This document shows, one piece after another, positions 31,647 to 39,949 of a stretch of DNA of 64,000 nucleotides (position 1 is its first letter; each line of letters begins with the position of its first letter). Made by a program: the position numbers and the translations under genes. The stretch spans positions 160,001 to 224,000 of the forward strand of contig CBEVQO010000003.1 in the NCBI GenBank assembly GCA_965552055.1, written 5' to 3'. The notes under the pieces are model-generated. The model searched no databases and was not told where the DNA came from. It worked only from the letters and a program-made list of their open reading frames with translations. Source of the DNA: an uncultured bacterium (lineage in GTDB: Bacteria; Hydrothermota; UBA3073; NMUJ01; CBEVQO01).

Positions 31647-33834
31647 AGAAGGCAAGGAGACCAGGTTAAAGGCTCTTTATATAAAAGAATTCAGGTCTTA
31701 TTTTAATTCGGTTATTCCTTATGTAGTTCTTATTGCTTTTCTTGGTGCTTCAGGCTGGTTTTTTGCCACTACGCTTTTCCTTGGCGGACAGGCGACTTTG
31801 AGGGGCTTTTTCAACCTTGTGCCTCTTTTATTACTGTTCCTTGCACCTGCTATTACGATGAGAGCGCTCGCAGAAGAACAAAGAGTAGGAACGATAGAAA
31901 TCATCGGAACCCTTCCATTCAAAGATTGGGAAATAATTCTCGCAAAATATCTTGCATCTTTAACAATTGTTGCAATAGGTATTGCATTTACTTTAATTTA
32001 TCCGATAACCGTTAGTATTCTCGGAAATCCGGATAATGGGGAAATAATTTGCTCTTATCTTGGAGCGCTTTTACTTTCTGCAATGTATTGTGCTATTGGA
32101 ATTTTCGCATCCTCACTTTCGCGTTCACAAATTGTCAGTTATGTTATCGCCTTTATAATTGGATTTTTCTTCTTCTCCATAGGTAAAATTCTTGATTTCT
32201 TCCCGACTTATCTTGTAAACTTTTTCGATTACTTAAGCATTGATAACCACTATAACAGCTTAATGCGGGGAGTGATAGATACGCGCGATATAATTTACTT
32301 CCTCAGCATTTCTGCATTTTTCATAGTAATGACGCTTTACACCTATAAGAGAAGCAGAGGATTTAGACTTGAGCCTTCTTATGGCTGGCTCACTTTTGGA
32401 ATAGTGGTGTTTTTGAACCTTGTATCAAGGAATATTTTTGCACGATTTGATTTAACCGAAGGTAAAATTTATTCGCTATCTAAAGCAACAAAATCCTACA
32501 TTCGTAATTTACCTGATAAATTGATAATAAGAGCGTATATTTCAAGCAAATTACCTTTCCCTTATAATGCAAGAAGTTTATATGTGAGGGATTTACTAAA
32601 TGAATATGTAGCAAATGCACGGGGTATGATAGAATATGACCTTATAGACCCGAAAGACCCGAAAACGGTTATGGAAGCGAGGCGCGCAGGGATACAGCCG
32701 ATACTTTTCACAGAAATAAGACAGGGAGAGTTTAAGAGAAAAGAAGGTTATATGGGGATTGTTCTTCTTTACAAAGATAGAAGGGAAATAATTCCAATAA
32801 TTGAAGATTTGCGAGGTCTTGAATATGACATTACCAGTAAAATAAGGAAACTTGTAACGGGAAAACTTGGGGTGCTTGGATTTACAAAGGGTCATGGTGA
32901 AAAAGATTTGGATGAAAGAATAAGAGGGGCTTTGCTCGATCATTACAATATTTTAGATATTGATTTAACTAATCAAGATATTCCGGATAGTGTGGATGCG
33001 CTGGTGATTTTAGGTCCTTCTGAGAAATTTGATTCGGTTTCTTTACGCAAGTTAGATGATTTTGTGATGTCGGGTCGTCCTGTTGCCTTTTTCATAGATA
33101 AATACAATGTTGAGCCACAGATGTTTAATGCAAGATTTGTTCGAACAGGAATCGATACTCTATTGCATGCTTATGGCTTTAAAGTGAAAAGTGGAATGGT
33201 ATTTGATCGTCAATGTCAGCAGGTAACGATTGAAAGCAGAAGGGGCTTCTTTGTGATAACAAACATCACTGAATATCCTGCTTTTGTGAAAGTTACGGAT
33301 ATTAATAAAGAAAGTCCGATAACCAAGAATATAGAATCTGTTGTTCTTCCCTATTGTGCGCCAGTAGAAGGTGGCACTCCGCTTTTGCGCTCGTCAAAAT
33401 ACAGCTGGTTTGAGAAAAATGTATTCAATGTTTCTCCTTTGAGGGATTATTTTATGGGTAAGAAAAGGGGACCTTTTGTTCTTGGTGCGGTATCCACCGG
33501 TAAATTCAAGAGTGCATTCAAGAAAGGGGTAGAGAGTGCGGAAAACAGAATTTGTGTATTTGGCACATCAAAATTTGTGACAGGCAGATATGCAACGGTT
33601 CCCGGAGTTGCCCTATTTTTAAATGTTTGTGATTGGCTTATGCAGGATGAAGCACTTATTGCGATAAGAGGAAAAGGAGTGCAAGATAGGCCATTAAAAC
33701 CTGTTGGTAGAGGAACAAAGATGGCAATCAGGTATATAAATATGTTGATTCCAATTGTAGGTTTAATAGGTTATGGTTTGTTCCGTCTGAATCGCCGAAA
33801 GAAATATTACGAACTTCTGTTATCCGAAAAATGA
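31618..33834 (+). CDS. ABC-2 permease (GldF-like) fused to GldG-like auxiliary domain; start uncertain
   Basis: KEFRSYF, TMRALAEE, GVIDTRD; then DLTEGKIYSLS, LEYDIT, GHGE, C-terminal TM. Confidence 0.85.
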   Translation: MFLRNLLKNKEGKETRLKALYIKEFRSYFNSVIPYVVLIAFLGASGWFFATTLFLGGQATLRGFFNLVPLLLLFLAPAITMRALAEEQRVGTIEIIGTLPFKDWEIILAKYLASLTIVAIGIAFTLIYPITVSILGNPDNGEIICSYLGALLLSAMYCAIGIFASSLSRSQIVSYVIAFIIGFFFFSIGKILDFFPTYLVNFFDYLSIDNHYNSLMRGVIDTRDIIYFLSISAFFIVMTLYTYKRSRGFRLEPSYGWLTFGIVVFLNLVSRNIFARFDLTEGKIYSLSKATKSYIRNLPDKLIIRAYISSKLPFPYNARSLYVRDLLNEYVANARGMIEYDLIDPKDPKTVMEARRAGIQPILFTEIRQGEFKRKEGYMGIVLLYKDRREIIPIIEDLRGLEYDITSKIRKLVTGKLGVLGFTKGHGEKDLDERIRGALLDHYNILDIDLTNQDIPDSVDALVILGPSEKFDSVSLRKLDDFVMSGRPVAFFIDKYNVEPQMFNARFVRTGIDTLLHAYGFKVKSGMVFDRQCQQVTIESRRGFFVITNITEYPAFVKVTDINKESPITKNIESVVLPYCAPVEGGTPLLRSSKYSWFEKNVFNVSPLRDYFMGKKRGPFVLGAVSTGKFKSAFKKGVESAENRICVFGTSKFVTGRYATVPGVALFLNVCDWLMQDEALIAIRGKGVQDRPLKPVGRGTKMAIRYINMLIPIVGLIGYGLFRLNRRKKYYELLLSEK

Positions 33835-33862
33835 CGAATAAAAACTTTAAAAAGGAGGTAAA

Positions 33863-34753
33863 ATGAGACAAAGGAAGGTTTTGGGTTTTCTTATAGGGGC
33901 ACTGGTTGTACTCATACTTACTTATGTATTTTTCCCGAGAACAAGTCGTCCCAAATATAAAAAGCCTTTTAGAAAATTGACACTTCAAAAAATAAAAGAA
34001 ATGTGGATTGAACAACCAAAAGACACTTTTCATTTTGTAAATACAGAAAAAGGATGGATGATATATTATCCCGATACATTTATTGCAGATACTATGGAGT
34101 TGAAGAGAACAGTAGAAGCTATAAGCAAAATGGAAGTAGGTAGAATAATATCCTCCGATACTTCAGATTACCCTGAATTTGACCTCACAGATAAGGCGAT
34201 TACAGTCAAAATAATACCTTTCAAAGGCAAGAAAATCGTTTTCAAAATAGGTAAAGTATCTGCTGATAGGATACACAGTTTTGTGAGATTTTTACCCGAT
34301 AAAAGTGTATTTTTGGTTAAAGAATTTGCCAGATGGCGTGTTAACAAAAGTTTGTATTCCTGGCGTGAAAAAACGATATTGCGATTTGACCCTCAGGACC
34401 TCGTCGAAATCAATATAAATTACGAGAAGAAAAAATTTAAACTTGAGAAAAAAGATGATAAATGGTATGAGGGAGAAAAAGAACTAAAAGATGAGGATAA
34501 AAAGAGAGTTAACCGCCTTATAAACATAGCGAAAAATCTGAGAGCGGATCAATTCTTTGAGAAAGGAGAAATAGAATTCAAAAAAGATTTTGAAGTTGTA
34601 TTCAAATTTGCAGATGGCACCGAGAAAAAAATAGAAATCGGGAAAAAAGAAGGAGGCTGGTATCCTGTGAAAGTAGCGTGGAGAAGGGCTATCTTTAAAA
34701 TTTCAAAGTGGAAAGTAAATCAATTAAACTGGGATAAAGAACACAAAATTTAG
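33863..34753 (+). CDS. DUF4340-like membrane-anchored protein
   Basis: AGGAGG RBS, N-terminal TM, W-R-x-K (SWREK) motif, usual position after a GldG-like gene. Confidence 0.7.
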   Translation: MRQRKVLGFLIGALVVLILTYVFFPRTSRPKYKKPFRKLTLQKIKEMWIEQPKDTFHFVNTEKGWMIYYPDTFIADTMELKRTVEAISKMEVGRIISSDTSDYPEFDLTDKAITVKIIPFKGKKIVFKIGKVSADRIHSFVRFLPDKSVFLVKEFARWRVNKSLYSWREKTILRFDPQDLVEININYEKKKFKLEKKDDKWYEGEKELKDEDKKRVNRLINIAKNLRADQFFEKGEIEFKKDFEVVFKFADGTEKKIEIGKKEGGWYPVKVAWRRAIFKISKWKVNQLNWDKEHKI

Positions 34754-36663
34754 TCCGCAATTAAAAATTGAACAAATCCTCTATTAACTTTTATTTCGGG
34801 TATTGCTTTTATATGCGCTTCAAAATCATATCGCCAGTTTGTTCCCATCTGTTGATAAGATACAGAAAATTCCCAGCAGTGCAAATCTTTTTTCAATGAG
34901 ATAGATTCACTAATTTTATTCTTTTCTCTTAAATCATAACTTCTTCTAAATTCAACGGATATTGTTTTTGTCAAAGCCTTCTTAAAATAAAAGCCGATTT
35001 GATGTGAAGCACGCGAATAGCTGTAGCGCAAATTTTTATGCTCGATACTGAAAGAATAAGATGTAATGCTAAAAGAATCCTGTTCAACAAAATATTTAAA
35101 TGAAGCAGAAAATTTTACAAGAGAAGAAAATCGAGAAGACAAACTAAAATTAAAATCTTTAAATTTATTTTTTTCAAAATTCCATCCGGAAGATATATTG
35201 AAATCGAAAAGGTTTATTTCTTTTTTCAGTTTTAATTTAAATTCGTTTTTTATACCGAAATTTAAGAATTTTCCTTTTTCTGGGTGAGAAGCTAATCCAC
35301 CGAACACAGGGAAAGAATCACCTTTTATATTGTTGTAACCGAAAGATAGAGAAGGCATCAATATATGGCGGAATTCGGGTTTGAAAATTGTCCTGCCATA
35401 AAGGGTTGTGCTCAATCCGCCTCTTATACCATAAGAATAAAAAAGAGGGAATTTTTTTCCACTTACCTCATCAAATTGAGTTGCCCTGAATGTAACGGAA
35501 GGAGTGAAAATAAAATATTTAAAAATTTTGTAATCTTTCGATAAAGAAAAATTGTTATCGAGTGCACTTTTATGGAAAGCATTTTCGTAATAATTAAGGA
35601 AGAGGGTATTATAAGACAGGTTTATTCCCCATATTTGTGGGATTTTCCATCCTATAGAAACCTTGGGCAAAAATCTTCTAAAAGTATTTTCCGAAAGATT
35701 TCTTTTTTCCTGAAAAGTAATACCTGCTGTGCCAAAACGCCATGATTTTGATATAGAAAGGGTTATTTTACCTTCTGTTTCTATGGGTGTCAAAGAATCT
35801 GCATATTCTTTACGATACGCAAGGTCACTTGCCATATCAACATCCGCTTTTATGCTTAAATTCTTTGAAGCCCAGGTATAATTGTTAACATAATTAATAC
35901 TCCATCTTAATTTTTTGTCAATTTTTTTATAAACAAATGTGGAAAATGCTCTACCTGTAATCCATGGTTTTACAAGATAAATAAATTCTATACAAAATTG
36001 TGGTTCTAATTTTTGTTGTAAATTTAGAGTAAAAGTGACATCGGAATAATCATTTATTACAAGGTAATAAGAAACATCTCTCACAAATCTACCCCGTAGC
36101 ATGTCTATTCCGATTTTGGGATATAAAAATCCTGATTTTCTCTTTTTGGTAATGGGGAAGTACCAGAAAGGCACCCAGAAAGAAGATATTCCTTTTATAA
36201 CAAGGATAACAGGGCGTGCAAAAAGCATGTCATCAAGATAAACCCTTGCTTCTTTTGCTTTGAAATAATAATGAGGTTTAATTTCAGAACATGTAGTAAA
36301 TTCTACATCCTCAATTGCGTACTCTTTTTTTCCAATTTTATATGTTTCTTTACCCCATGCCCAGCCACGAAAAACTTTCATCTCAGAAGAAAGAGAAATT
36401 CCTTTGCCTGTTTTTATATCATAAGCCATCTCACATGATTTTATAACATTTTCACCAGAATATAAAACAGCATTACCGTAGGCTATTATAAAACCTGTAT
36501 CCGGGAGATAAAGAATGGTTTCGGCACACACTTTTACACTTTCTGTATTAATTTCTGCATCACCTATTAACAGAATTCTCTCTCTTTCTTTGTCATAAAA
36601 AAGATAGTCAGCCTTCCACCAGACTTTTGTGGTGTCCATGAATAAGAAAAAAATTATCAACAT
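34750..36663 (-). CDS. lptD: LPS-assembly protein LptD-like
   Basis: FTTC..PHYY, P..WYFP...RKSGFLYP, barrel ending in DLHCWE. Confidence 0.85.
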   Translation of the reverse strand: MLIIFFLFMDTTKVWWKADYLFYDKERERILLIGDAEINTESVKVCAETILYLPDTGFIIAYGNAVLYSGENVIKSCEMAYDIKTGKGISLSSEMKVFRGWAWGKETYKIGKKEYAIEDVEFTTCSEIKPHYYFKAKEARVYLDDMLFARPVILVIKGISSFWVPFWYFPITKKRKSGFLYPKIGIDMLRGRFVRDVSYYLVINDYSDVTFTLNLQQKLEPQFCIEFIYLVKPWITGRAFSTFVYKKIDKKLRWSINYVNNYTWASKNLSIKADVDMASDLAYRKEYADSLTPIETEGKITLSISKSWRFGTAGITFQEKRNLSENTFRRFLPKVSIGWKIPQIWGINLSYNTLFLNYYENAFHKSALDNNFSLSKDYKIFKYFIFTPSVTFRATQFDEVSGKKFPLFYSYGIRGGLSTTLYGRTIFKPEFRHILMPSLSFGYNNIKGDSFPVFGGLASHPEKGKFLNFGIKNEFKLKLKKEINLFDFNISSGWNFEKNKFKDFNFSLSSRFSSLVKFSASFKYFVEQDSFSITSYSFSIEHKNLRYSYSRASHQIGFYFKKALTKTISVEFRRSYDLREKNKISESISLKKDLHCWEFSVSYQQMGTNWRYDFEAHIKAIPEIKVNRGFVQFLIAD

Positions 36664-36672
36664 TACCTAATA

Positions 36673-36699
36673 ATTTTAATCTAAAATGAAAATTGTCAA
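36673..36699 (-). promoter_or_regulatory. Putative promoter TTGACA-N15-TAAAAT (lptD)
   Basis: ATG 9 nt after the -10 box. Confidence 0.7.
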
Positions 36700-36721
36700 A
36701 CATTAAAAATTAATCTTGTAG

Positions 36722-36776
36722 AAATGGGTCAAGGAGGGCGAAGCCCTCCGAAAAATCTATAGGGTGGGCGGGATAA
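36722..36776 (+). repeat. Dispersed GC-rich hairpin/G-tract element, copy 2
   Basis: AAATGGGTCAAGGAGGGCGAAGCCCTCCGAAAAATCTATAGGGTGGGCGGGATAA; perfect 7-bp stem with GAA loop. Confidence 0.85.
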
Positions 36777-36787
36777 TTAGAATAAGG

Positions 36788-36814
36788 TTGACAAATTAAA
36801 ATAAAGGTTAAACA
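36788..36814 (+). promoter_or_regulatory. Putative promoter TTGACA-N15-TAAACA
   Basis: GTG 5 nt downstream. Confidence 0.5.
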
Positions 36815-36819
36815 TTAAT

Positions 36820-37482
36820 GTGCAGATAAAGTTCGAGACACTATGGCTACTTAAAAATTTAAGAGGGTTTCTTTATTTTTCAAAAGAAGAATTTCCCGAA
36901 GAAAAAATAAAATGGCTCAAGAGAAAATTTAGATATCGAAATTTAGGAATTTTATCTACACTTGCACGAAAAGAAATTTTACAGAAAGAACCTTTTATAA
37001 ATATTGCTCCAGAAGATGTAATTCATCCGGATATTTTTCAAAAAATCAAAAATGATTTACATTTAACCTTACTTTGTGCTTCAAAATTTGTTTGCGGTTT
37101 GATAATTATCGGTGAAAAAGCTCAGGAAGAAATAGAAAATTTAATAATTTGCGAAAAATATCTAAAAGGTGAGATTTCGGATAAAGAATTAAAGTTTAAT
37201 TTAAGATTAATAGATTATGCAGGAATAGACCTCGCACACTCACTGATATCCAGAATAAAGCCATTAGTAAAAAGTAGAAATTTAGAAAAAATTTATGAGA
37301 TACAAAAAGAAGTAGCGGTCAAAGATTTTGAGAAAAGATTTTGGCGAATAAAAGATAAAGAGGGAAAAAGATTCGTATTTTATCTTACAACAATAAAATT
37401 TTTGGACAAAGAAATTTTAAAAAACATTGAAGAAGATGAGGTACTTTCAATGCTTCAGGTAGTTCCAGCTTTATACTTGTAG
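36820..37482 (+). CDS. Hypothetical protein
   Basis: 220-aa ORF with its own putative promoter; no motif recognised. Confidence 0.7.
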   Translation: MQIKFETLWLLKNLRGFLYFSKEEFPEEKIKWLKRKFRYRNLGILSTLARKEILQKEPFINIAPEDVIHPDIFQKIKNDLHLTLLCASKFVCGLIIIGEKAQEEIENLIICEKYLKGEISDKELKFNLRLIDYAGIDLAHSLISRIKPLVKSRNLEKIYEIQKEVAVKDFEKRFWRIKDKEGKRFVFYLTTIKFLDKEILKNIEEDEVLSMLQVVPALYL

Positions 37483-37955
37483 GTCATTAAAATATCTATT
37501 TTTTCCTCTGTAGGTATACGGTCGATTATCAGGATACCATTTAAATGGTCTATTTCGTGCTGGAATGCCCTTGCTGATAAACCTTCTGCTATAATTTCTC
37601 GTTCAACGCCTTCGGGCGTAAAACCTCGCACTTTAACCCTTTGATACCTCTTTATCTCAAGATAAACATCGGGTAAAGAAAGACAGCCTTCTTCACAAAT
37701 TTCTTCACCTTCGCCTTCTATTATCTCGGGGTTCACAAGGCGTATAAATTCATCATTCATCTTTACAACTATCAACCTTTTCAAAATGCCTATTTGTGGA
37801 GCAGAAAAACCAACTCCTTCTTTTTCTTTCATTATTTCTTCCATTCTTTCAAAAATCAGATTTAAATCGCCTTCGGGATTCACTTCTTCACATTTTTGAC
37901 GCAAAACAGGGTCAGGATATATTCTAAGATTCAGCATTTTCAATTTTGATACCAA
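37455..37955 (-). CDS. def: Peptide deformylase (start may be MLNLRIYP)
   Basis: GVGFSAPQIG, EGCLS, QHEIDH. Confidence 0.95.
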   Translation of the reverse strand: MVSKLKMLNLRIYPDPVLRQKCEEVNPEGDLNLIFERMEEIMKEKEGVGFSAPQIGILKRLIVVKMNDEFIRLVNPEIIEGEGEEICEEGCLSLPDVYLEIKRYQRVKVRGFTPEGVEREIIAEGLSARAFQHEIDHLNGILIIDRIPTEEKIDILMTYKYKAGTT

Positions 37956-39627
37956 GTTCTTTTAATTGTTCTTCAAGCACTTCCGATGGTATTTCTTCCA
38001 TTAATCCCTGTCCCCTTGCGGTTTTAGGGAAAGGAATTGTATCCTGAATCGTCTGTAAGCCGAGCATCAAAACACACAATCTATCAATCCCCAGTGCTAT
38101 GCCACCATGAGGAGGTGCCCCGTATTCAAGTGCAGTTAATAAAAAGCCAAAATTGCGTTCAATCTCTTCTTTTGTCATACCAAGTACCTGCATAACTTTT
38201 TCCTGTAAATCTCTGTGATGTATCCTTATACTGCCAGAGCCAAGTTCAACACCATTTAAAACAAGGTCATACTGTTTTGCTATTATCTTATCGGGATTTG
38301 AAAAATTAATTTTTTCAATATTTTCAACTTTTGGCATCGTAAAAATATGATGACAGGGTTGCCATCTTCTTTCATCTTCATTCCATTCAAAAAGAGGAAA
38401 ATCGGTAATCCATACAAATTCAAACTTTTTATCTGTTTTGAGTTTTTTTACCAGTTCCCTTCTTATCAAACCAAGAGGTGTGTGTGCCTTTCCCCATTTA
38501 TTTGCACAGAAAAAGAAAACAGAAGGAGATTGAGGATTTAAAGGTGTTATATCAAAATATTTAGCAATAGGTCCCGATTTTTCACCATCTTTATATTTTA
38601 TCCATGCAACTGGTTTTTCTGCTATTTTCAACAATTCATCAATCTCTTTTCTTGATAATTCTCCATCCCAGCGCAACATTATTACTTTTTCAGCATCTTT
38701 AAAAATTTTTAAATCGGATTTCTTTGCAATTTCTGTGATATCTTCTAAAAATAAATTAAATCTTGTATCAGGTTTATCGGAGCCATATTTTTCAATTGCT
38801 TCTTTGTAAGTTAATCTTTTAAAAGGAGTTTCTATTTCAAAGTTTAAACATTCTTTAAAAAGTTTTTTCATCATTTCTTCTATGAGATTGAAAATATCTT
38901 CTTCATCGCAGAAGCTCATTTCTATATCGAGTTGAAGGAATTCCGGCTGTCTGTCTGCTCTTAAATCTTCATCTCTCAGGCATTTTGCTATCTGATAATA
39001 TTTATCAAAACCCGCAACCATCAATATTTGTTTATAAAGCTGGGGTGATTGAGCGAGTGCATAAAATTTGCCGGGATTGAGGCGCGATGGAACCAAAAAA
39101 TCTCTTGCACCTTCGGGTGTGCTTTTGGCAAGTAAAGGTGTTTCGATTTCTAAAAAATCTTTATCAGCCAGAAAATCTCTTATTATCTTCATAACTTTGC
39201 TTTTGAATATAACGGGATACTGGTGCTTCGGTCTTCTAAGGTCAAGGTATCTGTATTTCATTCTTATATCGTCTCTTACTTTTACATCGTCCCTTACAAC
39301 AAAAGGTGTCATTTTGCATTCGGATAAAATTTCGATTTCCTCTGCAACTACTTCGATTTCACCTGTAGGAAGGTTTGGATTTATCATTCCCTTTGGGCGT
39401 TCACGCACTTTGCCTTTAATCTTCAAAACATATTCGAGACCGAGTTTTCTTGCCTTTTCCATAAGATTTTTATCTTCAACGACTATTTGTGTGATTCCAT
39501 ATCTATCTCTTAAATTTAAGAAAATGAAGTTACCGTAATCACGGATCGATGCGAGCCAGCCACAGAGTGTTACGCTCTTGCCAGCATCCTCTTTGCGTAA
39601 TTCACCACAATTATGTGTTCTCAACAT
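37924..39627 (-). CDS. aspS: Aspartate--tRNA ligase
   Basis: RTHNCGEL, STPEGARDF, QSPQLYKQ, RDEDLRADRQPEF, GAPPHGGIALGIDR. Confidence 0.97.
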   Translation of the reverse strand: MLRTHNCGELRKEDAGKSVTLCGWLASIRDYGNFIFLNLRDRYGITQIVVEDKNLMEKARKLGLEYVLKIKGKVRERPKGMINPNLPTGEIEVVAEEIEILSECKMTPFVVRDDVKVRDDIRMKYRYLDLRRPKHQYPVIFKSKVMKIIRDFLADKDFLEIETPLLAKSTPEGARDFLVPSRLNPGKFYALAQSPQLYKQILMVAGFDKYYQIAKCLRDEDLRADRQPEFLQLDIEMSFCDEEDIFNLIEEMMKKLFKECLNFEIETPFKRLTYKEAIEKYGSDKPDTRFNLFLEDITEIAKKSDLKIFKDAEKVIMLRWDGELSRKEIDELLKIAEKPVAWIKYKDGEKSGPIAKYFDITPLNPQSPSVFFFCANKWGKAHTPLGLIRRELVKKLKTDKKFEFVWITDFPLFEWNEDERRWQPCHHIFTMPKVENIEKINFSNPDKIIAKQYDLVLNGVELGSGSIRIHHRDLQEKVMQVLGMTKEEIERNFGFLLTALEYGAPPHGGIALGIDRLCVLMLGLQTIQDTIPFPKTARGQGLMEEIPSEVLEEQLKELGIKIENAES

Positions 39628-39632
39628 CCATT

Positions 39633-39659
39633 ATTTTATCCTGTTACTCAAAAAGTCAA
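39633..39659 (-). promoter_or_regulatory. Putative promoter TTGACT-N15-TAAAAT (aspS)
   Basis: ATG 5 nt after the -10 box. Confidence 0.7.
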
Positions 39660-39680
39660 GAAATTAAATTCATATTTTTA

Positions 39681-39868
39681 GCCCCGCCTCCGCTGTCCCC
39701 ACCTTCCCGATTAAGTCAGCCCACTACTTCCCCCGCTATAACGCAATCAGAAGATAAAGCGTAAAACACCAGAGTAACCCACATCCCCATAATGGGCTGA
39801 CATATCAACCCACAGGTATTATGCTCGGCTACGCCTCGCATTAAAAATTTTTAGGTCACAGACCTGAC
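39681..39868 (-). other. GC-rich structured intergenic element (long irregular hairpin plus two mini-hairpins)
   Basis: Inverted repeat GTCAGCCCA 39715-39723 / TGGGCTGAC 39793-39801, extendable with G-U pairs on the minus strand; GGCTACGCC 39827-39835; AGGTCACAGACCT 39853-39865. Confidence 0.55.
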
Positions 39869-39905
39869 ACTGATATGGCTTCTTACCCTCTTATGAAATA
39901 ATTTA

Positions 39906-39932
39906 TTGACAGAGGAAAATGCTGATTATAAT
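39906..39932 (+). promoter_or_regulatory. Putative promoter TTGACA-N15-TATAAT
   Basis: Perfect hexamers 15 nt apart (TAATAT at N17 also possible); AGGAGG RBS downstream. Confidence 0.7.
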
Positions 39933-39949
39933 ATGCAAAAGGAGGGGGT

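Noticed and set aside
39690..39704. Minus-strand AGGTGGGGACAGCGG upstream of aspS resembling a T-box (GGTGGNACCGCG)
   Set aside because: The UGGNACC bulge is not matched, no antiterminator partner or terminator follows, and aspS has its own putative promoter downstream of it.
39549..39764. 71-aa ORF over the aspS start and structured element
   Set aside because: Antisense to aspS, low complexity from C tracts, no RBS or promoter.
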